The notes: generated by a model from the sequence alone, not told the origin. A stretch of DNA of 64,000 nt from an uncultured Bacteroidales bacterium (GCA_963701745.1 CAVPBE010000004.1:7607-71606), one strand, 5' to 3'; shown: positions 32,700-42,850, counted from the first letter of the stretch. Numbers and translations: made by a program.

Positions 32700-33900
32700 A
32701 GAGAAAAAAGGATCCGGGATTTTCGGATTTAACAGGAATATTATATTTACAGGCCTCACAAGCTTTCTGACGGACACATCCGTAAAGATGGTTTATTCGG
32801 TTATGCCTATGTTTCTTATGTCGATAGGTGCATCGAAAACCAGTCTGGCATTGATTGAAGGCATTGCCGAAAGTACTGCGGCACTTGTAAAAGTGCTGTC
32901 AGGTTTCTGGAGTGATAAGATAGGCAAGAATAAACCATTCATGCTGATAGGTTATGGGCTGTCAGCACTGATTATTCCATTATATACTTTTGTTGTCTCC
33001 CCGATCCAGGTTCTTGTCCTGAGATTCATTGAACGTTTCGGCAAAGGCATAAGAACGGCCCCTCGTGACAGTCTGATAGCCGGTTCGATAATTGATGGGG
33101 AGAGTGGCAGAAGTTTCGGATTGCAGAAAGCCATGGATAATAGTGGTGCAATAGCAGGTCCGTTAATTGCTTTTGCAATGTTGTCATCAATTCCCGGGAA
33201 CTACAGGATGATTTTTCTTGTTGCCGGAATACCTGCCGTACTGGCTATTCTCGTACTGATATTGGGGATAAAGGAAGCCAGAAAGAACAGTCATGAGCTG
33301 TTTGTAAAATTTCACTTTAAGGATTTTCCTGCAAAGTATTATTTCTTTCTGATCGTTGTATTTGTTTTCACACTCGGTAACTCAACCGATGCACTGCTGA
33401 TGGTAAAGGCAAACGATGTTGGCATAAAGGTTGCCCTCATACCCCTTGTCTATCTGGTCACAAATGTAGTTTCTGTCCTAGCATCGATTCCTGTTGGGTC
33501 GCTTGCCGACAGAATCGGCAAGGAGAAGATCCTTATAGTTGGATTCCTGATTTATGCTGTTGTCTATTATGGATTTGGAATAACTACAAGTATTGGAGCT
33601 ATTATTGCGCTTTTTGCACTTTATGGATTGTATTCAGCAGCAACAGATGGCATTATGAAGGCATTTATTTCCGATATGATCGACAATAACAAAAAGGGTA
33701 CAGGGCTGGGTATTTATAATGCCCTTCTGGGAGTTACCTTACTGCCTGCCAGCCTTATTGGTGGTTCTCTTTATGACAAGGTCAATTCATCAGTTCCATT
33801 CTATTTCGGAGCAGCAACGGCAGGAATTTCAGCGATATTGATGCTGATCTATCATTGGCGTTTCAAAAACCCCCTTTCAATCCCGCCTGGCGGGATGTAA
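32683..33900 (+). CDS. MFS transporter
   Basis: About 12 TM segments; GFWSDKIGK, RFGKGIRTAPRD, GSLADRIG. Confidence 0.9.
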   Translation: MKGSNREKKGSGIFGFNRNIIFTGLTSFLTDTSVKMVYSVMPMFLMSIGASKTSLALIEGIAESTAALVKVLSGFWSDKIGKNKPFMLIGYGLSALIIPLYTFVVSPIQVLVLRFIERFGKGIRTAPRDSLIAGSIIDGESGRSFGLQKAMDNSGAIAGPLIAFAMLSSIPGNYRMIFLVAGIPAVLAILVLILGIKEARKNSHELFVKFHFKDFPAKYYFFLIVVFVFTLGNSTDALLMVKANDVGIKVALIPLVYLVTNVVSVLASIPVGSLADRIGKEKILIVGFLIYAVVYYGFGITTSIGAIIALFALYGLYSAATDGIMKAFISDMIDNNKKGTGLGIYNALLGVTLLPASLIGGSLYDKVNSSVPFYFGAATAGISAILMLIYHWRFKNPLSIPPGGM

Positions 33901-33942
33901 AACAAACTCCTTCCCCCCTGGGGGAAGGCTGGGAAGGGGGTT
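33880..33942. repeat. ATCCCG-N5-CGGGAT palindrome plus C/G-rich hairpin repeat
   Basis: ATCCCGCCTGGCGGGAT (33880-33896) and CCTTCCCCC-CT-GGGGGAAGG followed by CTGGGAAGGGGG. Confidence 0.6.
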
Positions 33943-34007
33943 AGGACAAAAGAAGAATTAGTAAATTGTTTTTTCTTATTTTTATATTCTGATAAACACA
34001 ACCACTA

Positions 34008-35111
34008 ATGAAACAGGTTTTAAAATATACAGGGTACATATTAGTGCTGGCAATACTGGGATATATGATCTGGCGCTTCTCTTACATAATTGCCTGGGTT
34101 CTGATTGCAGCAGTTCTTTCATTTATGGGGCAGCCGCTTGTGCGGTTTTTTGACAGGATCCATATAAAGAAGCTCAGAATGCCTCATTTCCTGAGCGCTT
34201 TGTTATCACTCTTTGTAATTGTACTGGTTCTGCTCGGATTGATAGCTATTTTTGTCCCCCTGATTATTAACCAGGCAGAGACTATATCCAGGATCGATGT
34301 AGGACAGATTGCCCAGAACCTTCAGGGGCCTTTGCAATGGCTGGATGAAAAACTTCATCTGCTTGGTGCTATCCCTGCTGTACAGACACTCCAGGATTTT
34401 CTTGTGGACAAAGCAAAAACATTAGTTAATCTCGGAAGCGTTGGATCACTTATGGGAAATTTCATAAGTGTTGCAGGAAATATTTTCATCGGATTGTTCT
34501 CTATTCTTTTTATAGCTTTCTTTTTTCTGAAAGATGAAAATATGTTCGAGGAGGGTCTTCTTCTTTTTATTCCCACGGAACATCATCTTGCAACCCGTAA
34601 AGTGGTGGCCGAATCCAAAAACCTGCTTATTCGTTACTATATTGGTGTTGTGCTGGAGTTAATCGGAGTTATGTCTCTGATTACAATAGGACTCCTGATA
34701 TTTGGCGTTAAAAATGCACTCCTTATAGGATTTTTCGGAGGGATCATGAATATAATCCCATATCTTGGTCCGATAATAGGTTCAGCAATCGGAATTGTTC
34801 TTGGTGTTACATCCACCCTCGCAACCGGATCATATAACGAACTATTTTCTGTGATATTAAAACTTACAGGGGTATTCTTAGTTGTGAATTTTATTGATAA
34901 CAATATTCTGGTTCCGGTAATTTATTCGAAAAGCGTCAAATCGCATCCTCTTGAGATCTTCCTTGTAATTATTATCGGTGGAGGAATTGCAGGATTACTG
35001 GGGATGTTATTGGCAGTACCGGTTTATACACTGTTAAGAGTTATTGCAAAGGAATTCTTCCAGCAGTTCAGGGTTGTGAAAAAGCTTACTGAAGATATCG
35101 ATAAGAAATAA
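34008..35111 (+). CDS. AI-2E (PerM) family transporter
   Basis: FFFLKD, NIIPYLGP, DNNILVP, HPLEI, GMLLAVP. Confidence 0.9.
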   Translation: MKQVLKYTGYILVLAILGYMIWRFSYIIAWVLIAAVLSFMGQPLVRFFDRIHIKKLRMPHFLSALLSLFVIVLVLLGLIAIFVPLIINQAETISRIDVGQIAQNLQGPLQWLDEKLHLLGAIPAVQTLQDFLVDKAKTLVNLGSVGSLMGNFISVAGNIFIGLFSILFIAFFFLKDENMFEEGLLLFIPTEHHLATRKVVAESKNLLIRYYIGVVLELIGVMSLITIGLLIFGVKNALLIGFFGGIMNIIPYLGPIIGSAIGIVLGVTSTLATGSYNELFSVILKLTGVFLVVNFIDNNILVPVIYSKSVKSHPLEIFLVIIIGGGIAGLLGMLLAVPVYTLLRVIAKEFFQQFRVVKKLTEDIDKK

Positions 35112-35124
35112 ACCCTCTCCCCAT

Positions 35125-35181
35125 CCCCTCTCCCTTCGCCTTCGCGTAGCCGCTTCGGCGAAGCAAGGCAAGGGCGAGGGG
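35125..35181. repeat. C/G-rich hairpin with a nested 32-nt palindromic insert
   Basis: CCCCTCTCCCTT / AAGGGCGAGGGG stem enclosing GCCTTCGCGTAGCCGCTTCGGCGAAGCAAGGC. Confidence 0.55.
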
Positions 35182-35193
35182 CTACTATTAAGA

Positions 35194-35392
35194 TCCCCTC
35201 CTGGGAGGGGCTGGGGGTGGGTTGGTTTTAAAGGCTCCCCTCCTGGGAGGGGCGGGGGGTGGGTTGGTTTTAAAGGCTCCCCTCCTGGGAGGGGCGGGGG
35301 GTGGGTTGGTTTTAAAGGCTCCCCTCCTGGGAGGGGCTGGGGGTGGGTTGGTTTTAAAGGCTCCCCTCCTGGGAGGGGCGGGGGGTGGGTTG
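35194..35392. repeat. 42-bp tandem repeat (~4.7 copies) of a CCCCTCC-TG-GGAGGGG hairpin unit
   Basis: Unit TCCCCTCCTGGGAGGGGC(T/G)GGGGGTGGGTTGGTTTTAAAGGC; hairpins start at 35195, 35237, 35279, 35321 and 35363. Confidence 0.93.
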
Positions 35393-35414
35393 TTAATATT
35401 TAAAAACAATTATA

Positions 35415-36440
35415 ATGAACCGTTTTAAGGATGATTTCACAATCAACAGATCTGCTCTCCTGGTTTTTGTCGCGTTTTTAACCATTCTTCCCGCGTGCAA
35501 CAGGTCAAAAGCAGTTTACAGAAAAAATCAGACTGTATCTGAAACAAAGATCACAAATGCCGAAAAGCTTGGATTCCCCCGCGGAACCAAGGTAATACTT
35601 CTTCACTGTGATGATGCCGGAATGTGTGATGAGGCAAATATTGCCATAAGACATTATTTTGAAACAGGAGATCTTCTTTCTACAGCAGTAATGGTGCCCT
35701 GCCCTTACGCCATGGAGCTGGTTGAATGGGCGAAGACACAGAAATCCCCCGATATCGGAATTCATCTCACCCTGACAAGTGAATGGAAAACTTACCGATG
35801 GGGACCTGTGTCTGAAACCTCCAAAGTCCCCGGATTGATAGACCCCGAAGGAAAAATGTGGCATGACGTCCCGGAGGTTGTCACACACGCTTCAGCGGCT
35901 GAGGTTGAAACAGAAGTGCGTACCCAGATAGACAAAGTGATCGCGGCTGGATTTACTCCCTCTCATATTGATACACATATGGGAACCATGTACGCCTCCC
36001 TCGAATATCTCAAAGTCTTTCTTAAGATTGCAGAAGAATATAAAATTCCCGCAAATGCGATTGACCTCTCCTATCCTGCCATAGCTGAAAACTTCAGGAA
36101 GGAAGGTTATCCTATTACAACTGATGTTGTGGAACTTTTAAATCAGTATTCCCTTCCAAAGCTTGATAATTTTTCAAGTGTTCCTGACGGTAATACTTAT
36201 GAAGAAAAAAAATCAAACTTTTTCAAATTGCTAAATTCACTGGGGCCTGGTCTGACAGAAATAATCTTTCATCCGTCAGTTGAAACAGATAATCTTAAAA
36301 CCATTACTGGTTCATGGCAGCAGAGAGTTTGGGAGGCTCAGCTGTTTTCAGATCCGGCTGTAAAAAGTTTCTTTGCAGACAATGGTATAATAATAACCAC
36401 TTATAGAGAGGTAATGCATAAGTTTAACAAGAGCAAGTAA
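35415..36440 (+). CDS. YdjC/ChbG-family carbohydrate deacetylase (probable lipoprotein)
   Basis: LHCDDAGM, IGIHLTLTSEW, SHIDTHMG, EIIFHP; lipobox LPAC. Confidence 0.85.
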   Translation: MNRFKDDFTINRSALLVFVAFLTILPACNRSKAVYRKNQTVSETKITNAEKLGFPRGTKVILLHCDDAGMCDEANIAIRHYFETGDLLSTAVMVPCPYAMELVEWAKTQKSPDIGIHLTLTSEWKTYRWGPVSETSKVPGLIDPEGKMWHDVPEVVTHASAAEVETEVRTQIDKVIAAGFTPSHIDTHMGTMYASLEYLKVFLKIAEEYKIPANAIDLSYPAIAENFRKEGYPITTDVVELLNQYSLPKLDNFSSVPDGNTYEEKKSNFFKLLNSLGPGLTEIIFHPSVETDNLKTITGSWQQRVWEAQLFSDPAVKSFFADNGIIITTYREVMHKFNKSK

Positions 36441-36450
36441 CAGCAAAGCA

Positions 36451-38706
36451 CTAATTCAGGCCTGGCAGAATTTTATTCTCAGGTTGCTTTTCCGGTTCAC
36501 TTATTACCTTAAGATACCTCCCCATCCAGTAGGGCAGCAGCCATATATCTCCTGCGCTGTATTCTGATTTCCCGCCTCCGTTATCATCAAGCATAAAACG
36601 GTTTGCATTATGCCGGGAAACAGGCAGTTCGTCGGGTGCAAGAACCTCCCTGATAGTCTGACCACGGAAATCAGGCTGAATTAATTCAATGTCCTTACGG
36701 TGACTGTTTTTAATACTCCAGTCAATAAGGTCCAGAGGGTATTCCTGCAGATACCAGATTGCATCTTCCAGTCCAAAGCTTGCAGGATTTACAAGAGCAG
36801 TAATGATATTCCACAAACCCTCTTTTTCTGGTTTCTCCGCTTTCCAGTGGTCAATAATTGCCATCTTATATTTTGCCTTCAGGGTATCATTGAAAGCATA
36901 ACGGTATAATCCCCAGTATCCGCAGTAATACATTTCATCATCGGAATGATTCCATCCATCCGATAACATTTTGCTCCATGCATCAGAATCAGATGGCGCC
37001 GGGCCGATTTTACTCAAAGGACGAGTCAGGTTATTGAGGTATCCATGTTCATTAATAAGATAGAAAGCTGCTTTCCTGTATTTCTCCTTTCCGGTAAAAT
37101 GGAAGGCAGTCTGCAGCATTCCAATGATGTTCGATGAATTGAGCCTCCGGTCACCCACCATTTCAGGACGGGCATTAACATATTCAGGATTCCATTTACC
37201 CCATAATGTTGGGTTACCGTCCCAATCGATAAGATAGAAATCATTTTTAACAATGTTAGACATCAGAGTGTCAATCAGCATGATTGCCTTATCCTTAAGG
37301 TCTGTTGAATCTATCAGCTCTGCAATAACACCAAGCGCAAAAATATGACCAATGGCTTCATCACTGCTTGTTGTTGATTTCCAGTCCCATTCAGGATCTT
37401 CAGCTCTTCGCCAGAGTTTGTCTTCGTATTTATATCCCCGTCGTTCAAAGGAGCGAGCCGGAAATCCGGGTACTTGATTAATGCAGTATAATCTTTCAAT
37501 TGCGTCAAGCGATTCACGAACATTTTGCAATGCCTCTTCCTCATTTGTAACGGAATACCTGAAGGCCTGGGAAGTAACATACATCGAAGTCCATAATCCA
37601 TCATTATCTGAATCTTCCAGACTGCCTGTGGTTATATCACCATTCTTCATTCCGCCAACAGTTGCATTGAACCCGTGTCGTATATGACGCTCCCTTGTCT
37701 GTTTTTCATAAAATAATGCCTTATCATACAATGTCAACTCACTGAAACAAATTTTTGCCAGTCCCTTTCCGGTAAGTATAAGAACTGAATTATCGGGACC
37801 TTTGGAAATATCAATGACATCATCAGACGGGAGCCAACGCTCAGAGGCATAATAGTCGAACTTACCATCCTTGCGAAGGCTGAAGACTCCGGAAGTGGAT
37901 CCGAACCATAAAGTTCCATCAATATCGCTGATTGATACTATTTCTGTGCAGGGTAAACTTTTAATGACATCTGATTGTATTTTCCTGGTTCTTATATCTA
38001 ATTCAAAATATCCGTCACTTGTCCCAATAATTAGTTTACCGGAGAACAATTCGATACAGGTAAGGTTGTCCTTTTCAATGATCTGCTCAATTTCCCCTTC
38101 CACAGGAGATAAAATGCTGATTGTTTTTATACCAAGTATCCAATAAAGGTTATTTGATATATCATATTTTATGTCGCGCACTTCTTCCCGGAAATCAGCC
38201 TCCCATAATGTTTGAGAATTCTTAAGCAGTACAAGCTTTCTGCCATCTGAGACAAGGAAAGTAAAGTCGTCTCCTCCGGCAAAGATTTTTGCAGAGGCAA
38301 TGGAGTGCATGGAATATAATTTCCCTGCCCAGGCATTGCTTAGAACTGCTTTGTCATCAATATAGACAAGCTGATTTTGGTATGTTCCAATACCTGAAAT
38401 GCTCTTTTCCGATGTTGGCCTGTAATGTAAATCATGAACAAGACTGCCCGGGAATAAAAACTGACCTCCCGCAGGTCTTAATAACCCCCTTGATGAAAGT
38501 ATCTGTATATATCCGTTCCTGTCGGATTCAACTTTATAAAGCCTGACATTTTCATCCCTGACAAAATATTTTATTGAATAATCCTGGATAAAAGGCTTAT
38601 CAATATGACAATTGATTTCCTGAGTATTTTTTTCCGTTGTACAGCCGGCTAAAAAAACCAGAACATAAACAACTGCTGATATTTGTATGTTTGCTTTCAT
38701 GTTCAT
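36451..38706 (-). CDS. Lipoprotein with N-terminal beta-propeller-like region and C-terminal helical, possibly glycosidase-like domain
   Basis: Lipobox LAGC; LWFGSTSG / WLPSDDV propeller-like repeats; acidic motifs DSDNDGLW, TSSDE, NHSDDE. Confidence 0.55.
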   Translation of the reverse strand: MNMKANIQISAVVYVLVFLAGCTTEKNTQEINCHIDKPFIQDYSIKYFVRDENVRLYKVESDRNGYIQILSSRGLLRPAGGQFLFPGSLVHDLHYRPTSEKSISGIGTYQNQLVYIDDKAVLSNAWAGKLYSMHSIASAKIFAGGDDFTFLVSDGRKLVLLKNSQTLWEADFREEVRDIKYDISNNLYWILGIKTISILSPVEGEIEQIIEKDNLTCIELFSGKLIIGTSDGYFELDIRTRKIQSDVIKSLPCTEIVSISDIDGTLWFGSTSGVFSLRKDGKFDYYASERWLPSDDVIDISKGPDNSVLILTGKGLAKICFSELTLYDKALFYEKQTRERHIRHGFNATVGGMKNGDITTGSLEDSDNDGLWTSMYVTSQAFRYSVTNEEEALQNVRESLDAIERLYCINQVPGFPARSFERRGYKYEDKLWRRAEDPEWDWKSTTSSDEAIGHIFALGVIAELIDSTDLKDKAIMLIDTLMSNIVKNDFYLIDWDGNPTLWGKWNPEYVNARPEMVGDRRLNSSNIIGMLQTAFHFTGKEKYRKAAFYLINEHGYLNNLTRPLSKIGPAPSDSDAWSKMLSDGWNHSDDEMYYCGYWGLYRYAFNDTLKAKYKMAIIDHWKAEKPEKEGLWNIITALVNPASFGLEDAIWYLQEYPLDLIDWSIKNSHRKDIELIQPDFRGQTIREVLAPDELPVSRHNANRFMLDDNGGGKSEYSAGDIWLLPYWMGRYLKVISEPEKQPENKILPGLN

Positions 38707-38751
38707 AAAAATTCAGTTAAGTTTATGAATTAATCATCAAATTCTTTAGAG

Positions 38752-40104
38752 ATGAAGAAATTATTATTTAAAGTTCTTGTAATATTTTCTGTTTTAACAG
38801 CACCCTCATGTTCTCATGTTCCTGTAACACCGGAAACTGCCCTTCAGGCATATCTCAATAACTCCGACAAATCGTTCCACTGGGAGGTTCAGGAGATGCA
38901 AAAAGCCGAGAACGTCACATTATACCGCATTTTATTTACATCACAGAAATGGCGTGATAAAGAATGGAATCATGAACTTATGATTATGGTACCTGATATT
39001 TTGGATTCGGGTGATGCATTATTGTTCATTACAGGTGGAAGTGTCAAGGACGGGAAGCCTAACACTCATGAATTTAATGATGATTTGGTAAAATCGATTG
39101 GCAACATTGCAGTGATCAATAAGGCCATTGCAGCAATAATCTGGCAGGTGCCGAATCAGCCACTGTATAATGATCTTACCGAAGATGCACTCATTACTTA
39201 TACACTTTACAACTTCAAACAAGATAAAGATTTTACGTGGCCACTTCTTTTCCCTATGACAAAGAGTGCAATAAAGGCAATGGATGTCATTCAGGAGTTT
39301 TCAGGAAAGAAAGCAGGCAGAAAGGTTAATTATTTCATTCTTTCAGGAGCTTCAAAAAGAGGATGGACCACCTGGCTTGCCGGTGCTTCCGACAAAAGGG
39401 TCAAGGCTATATGTCCCATGGTTATTGACGTGCTCAACATGCCAGCAAATATCAGTTATCAGAAAGAAGTCTGGGGAGACTACAGCATTGAAATTGAGGA
39501 TTATGTAAAGCTGGGAATAGCACAGGACCTTGCTTCATCTGATGGAAATGACCTGGTTAAAATGATTGATCCCTACTCCTACCGAAAAGCTCTTACGATG
39601 CCAAAAATGATTTTCATGGCAACCAACGATCCTTACTGGCCTGTTGATGCTGTTAAGAATTATATTGACAGTATACCTGGTGACAATCATATCTGTTATA
39701 CACCCAATGCAGGCCATAATCTTGGAAATAAAGTAAAGGCCCTGACAACATTAAGCGCCTTTTTCGGGATAACAACCACAAACGGAAATTACCCCGACTG
39801 TAATTATGAAATCACTGAATCTGACGGAACCATTACTCTTACGGTCAGGTCGGAACCAGGCCAGATAACCGATGCAGACCTGTGGATTGCTGATTCCGAT
39901 GATCTGGATTTCAGGGATGAAGAATGGTTGGAATCTGATCCGGAGAAAATAGGCAATAACGAAACTACAGCTTCAATCAGATTTCCGGAAAAGGGATACC
40001 TTGCATTCTATATCGATCTGAAGCACAAAAGCTCTTCAGGTTCTGAATATACTCAAAGCACAAGGATGTTTGTGACTGATACCAGCCATATAATGCTGAA
40101 ATAG
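38752..40104 (+). CDS. PqaA-type (PhoPQ-activated pathogenicity-related) alpha/beta hydrolase lipoprotein
   Basis: VPNQPL, EDALI, WPLLFPMTKS, SGASKRGWTTW, IDPYSY, PNAGH. Confidence 0.88.
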   Translation: MKKLLFKVLVIFSVLTAPSCSHVPVTPETALQAYLNNSDKSFHWEVQEMQKAENVTLYRILFTSQKWRDKEWNHELMIMVPDILDSGDALLFITGGSVKDGKPNTHEFNDDLVKSIGNIAVINKAIAAIIWQVPNQPLYNDLTEDALITYTLYNFKQDKDFTWPLLFPMTKSAIKAMDVIQEFSGKKAGRKVNYFILSGASKRGWTTWLAGASDKRVKAICPMVIDVLNMPANISYQKEVWGDYSIEIEDYVKLGIAQDLASSDGNDLVKMIDPYSYRKALTMPKMIFMATNDPYWPVDAVKNYIDSIPGDNHICYTPNAGHNLGNKVKALTTLSAFFGITTTNGNYPDCNYEITESDGTITLTVRSEPGQITDADLWIADSDDLDFRDEEWLESDPEKIGNNETTASIRFPEKGYLAFYIDLKHKSSSGSEYTQSTRMFVTDTSHIMLK

Positions 40105-40125
40105 TGTAATTACAATGTAATTACA

Positions 40126-41115
40126 TTATTTCAGATATTTTTCAAAAAATTCCGTCATTTTGACCTGGCAGAAATCATTTACCCTCTGGACTATATCCAT
40201 TGTATGCGGCCATAAAGGCAGTCTATAGTATTCGCATGGAACTCCCAGAGAATCGAGCTTTTCCTTCAGATCATCCGACTGGCTTATTGGAACAAGCCTG
40301 TCGGACGTCCCATGCAGAATCAGTGTCGGAGGATCATCCTTATCGAGATATTGAACAGGAGAGGCTTCCTCATATAGAGCCGGCGCCTCTTCATACGACC
40401 GGGCGAGGAAAGATTTTACCAGCGGATGGTTCCTTGCATAGTCGGTTGTGAGGTCAGCGGGCCCGTAGATATCTACAACTGCCTTTATTTTATGATTTAT
40501 GCTGTCAGCTGTCCAATTAGTTTTTCCCCATCCATAGCCGCCGAGCATGGCAAGATGGCCGCCGGCCGAACCTCCGATAAGAGCTATCCTGTCGGGATCA
40601 TATCCATATTTTTCACCGTTCCTGAAAAACCATCCTAAAGCATCTCTTATATCTTCGGCACATGCAGGATAGGTGCCATCATTTAAAAGTCTGTAAGATA
40701 CAGTTGCAGTGACATATCCCCTTCTGGCAAAGTCGATAAGATAGATCAGGTAATCAGAACGTTTGCCGCTTTTCCATCCGCCTCCGTGAATAAATACAAG
40801 TAATGGAGCAGGATCTTGCAGATGTACAGGCTTGTATAGATCCAGCTGCAGTGACTTTCCATTAATGTTCTTGTACTCAATATCTTTAATCTCTTCAACA
40901 TCTGAAGGTACAAGAGGAGCAGTATTTACCAGCTTTTCCAGTCCGACCCATAATGCGAGATAAGAAGGAGCCATAAAATGATAACCAACAGGAGGCTTAT
41001 CAGGATTCAAAGCTGACCAGGTTCGTGGAAATAAAATCCAAAGGATAAACAGAACTAAAACAATTGCCAATCCATAAAGAATTCGTTTTAATCTACGAGA
41101 TTTCATATTTATCAC
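40126..41115 (-). CDS. Alpha/beta hydrolase (esterase)
   Basis: IHGGGW, GGSAGGHL, LHGTSD..VP, terminal His. Confidence 0.88.
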   Translation of the reverse strand: MINMKSRRLKRILYGLAIVLVLFILWILFPRTWSALNPDKPPVGYHFMAPSYLALWVGLEKLVNTAPLVPSDVEEIKDIEYKNINGKSLQLDLYKPVHLQDPAPLLVFIHGGGWKSGKRSDYLIYLIDFARRGYVTATVSYRLLNDGTYPACAEDIRDALGWFFRNGEKYGYDPDRIALIGGSAGGHLAMLGGYGWGKTNWTADSINHKIKAVVDIYGPADLTTDYARNHPLVKSFLARSYEEAPALYEEASPVQYLDKDDPPTLILHGTSDRLVPISQSDDLKEKLDSLGVPCEYYRLPLWPHTMDIVQRVNDFCQVKMTEFFEKYLK

Positions 41116-41121
41116 AGAATA

Positions 41122-42681
41122 TTATTGTTGATTTAATTCTGCCAGCATTTCTTTTAAATTTCTGTGCAATAACCGTGCAGTTTCAGGCCCCAGTGAATTC
41201 TCCTCTCCATAAGGAGAACGATCATTGCCGTAAGTATAGGGGGCTTTTTCATCCCAGGCGCTTTTAGGAATAATATAACCAATCTCATCATTTGCAAGGC
41301 CAAGAATGAATTTGTAATTGCCCTTCATCAGTTCTCTGACCGGGGGTACTTCCACAGGATCCCCAGGGAAATCTCGACCCTCCGGTGCTTCTATTTTCCC
41401 ATTAATAATTTCAGGATAAACCTCACCGGGAAGAGTGGCAAAGGAAACTGGTCCAAATTTGAAAACCGAAATCTCGGTGCGCATTTTCATCCAGCCTGAT
41501 GTTCCCCGGTTAAAAATGCCAAGCATAGTCCCAAGTTTGAAAAATTTGTTATCGATTGGCAGGGAAATAGTCCTGACCACCAAAGAAATGCCTGCAGAAT
41601 CAATTTTCTCAACATAGTTTTCCATTGCACTCAAAGCAAGCAATGCCAGCTGCTTACCCTGTGCTTCTGCTTTTTCAAAAGTCGGATCCTTAAACTCCTG
41701 TCCAGTGAATGGATCTTTTACTCCTTGACCCGGAGGGGTTGTCATTAATCCTCCAATTGCACCATTGACATAAAGTGAGATCCCGCCAATGCCGGATTTC
41801 ACCTGATTTTCCCCGTTAAAAACGCCCTTCTCGACTCCTTCGCGCAGATAATGGGGAAAATCTGATGTTATCTGAAGGTTTTTTCCCCATAGAGTCTCAG
41901 GGTGATCAGCCCATGCAATCATGGAACCAAGTGTATTTCCATTTTCCTTGTTAATGACCCTGATCGTTCTTAGTCCGGAATCAAAAACCTCAGGCATCCG
42001 TGTATCCACGACAAGTGAAGTTGCTCCGGACATATCCTCAGATATTTCCAGGATCGCAGGATGCATGTTTTTAACGGCAGTTGAAATTGATTCAACAATC
42101 CGGCCTTTTAGAAATTCCATGTATTTTTTATCAGTTCCGCTCTTCAGCGGGGTCTTTCCCCAGAGACCCAACAGGTCAGGACCTTCGTGAGTATGAGTCG
42201 ATACAATTATGGTATATGTTACTTTGGCGTCTTCAGGGATACTATTTCTGATATCAATTATTTCATTGTTCATAAGTCCGATTGCATCAAGCGCTACGAT
42301 TGCCATCCGGGTTCTGCCATCATCAATAACCATACTCCTTGCCCATAAATCGTCGTGTATCCCGTTGGCTGCCCTTGCATTGCCAAATCCTGCGATCCAG
42401 ACCGGATCAAATTTCCCATTGTCATTTCCATCGATGAAAGTGTCCCCGTCTTTTGGAAAGTATTTGGCATCCGCGTTTGTATCTGTCCATCTGTCAGGGA
42501 CTTCAGGTGTAACGACAACAGAGGAAAAACCTGCCTGCAATGGAAAGGCTTTCTCTGTTATAATTTTTAAATCTGCCTTATAGCCGGGGTTTTGGTCTCT
42601 CATGTTTGAAAAGATCCATAAAGTCAATACAATAATTATCAGGAGCAAAAATGTTCCGATCACTTTTAAAATATTTTTCAT
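41122..42681 (-). CDS. Neutral/alkaline ceramidase-like protein
   Basis: GIHDDLWAR, STHTHEGPD, HPE, NGAIGG, LPGEVYPE, GLANDEIGYI, YGEENS. Confidence 0.65.
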   Translation of the reverse strand: MKNILKVIGTFLLLIIIVLTLWIFSNMRDQNPGYKADLKIITEKAFPLQAGFSSVVVTPEVPDRWTDTNADAKYFPKDGDTFIDGNDNGKFDPVWIAGFGNARAANGIHDDLWARSMVIDDGRTRMAIVALDAIGLMNNEIIDIRNSIPEDAKVTYTIIVSTHTHEGPDLLGLWGKTPLKSGTDKKYMEFLKGRIVESISTAVKNMHPAILEISEDMSGATSLVVDTRMPEVFDSGLRTIRVINKENGNTLGSMIAWADHPETLWGKNLQITSDFPHYLREGVEKGVFNGENQVKSGIGGISLYVNGAIGGLMTTPPGQGVKDPFTGQEFKDPTFEKAEAQGKQLALLALSAMENYVEKIDSAGISLVVRTISLPIDNKFFKLGTMLGIFNRGTSGWMKMRTEISVFKFGPVSFATLPGEVYPEIINGKIEAPEGRDFPGDPVEVPPVRELMKGNYKFILGLANDEIGYIIPKSAWDEKAPYTYGNDRSPYGEENSLGPETARLLHRNLKEMLAELNQQ

Positions 42682-42784
42682 CGCGCAGGAATCCTAAAAA
42701 TTTGTATTCAGTAAAGATGACTATTTGAAGGGAAATTACAAATGACAAGAAAATTTTGAAGCAAAATGCAATCAGTTCTGTTAT

Positions 42785-42850
42785 TAAACAAAAGAAAATT
42801 TATTTTTGTTTTTAAATAACAGGGAAACAAAACAATATTTTGATCGTCTT
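42785..42850 (+). promoter_or_regulatory. Candidate operator/ECF promoter sites upstream of crtI
   Basis: TAAACA-N16-TGTTTT (42785-42812) and GAAACA-N15-CGTCTT (42824-42850, 37 nt before the ATG). Confidence 0.45.

Noticed and set aside
35194-35392. Possible CRISPR array
   Set aside because: Units are essentially identical end to end with no unique spacers, and no cas genes are present
35188-35428. ORFs on both strands (TNPPPAPPRRGAFK / LVLKAPLLGGAGGG repeats)
   Set aside because: By-product of a 42-bp unit divisible by three; no independent coding evidence
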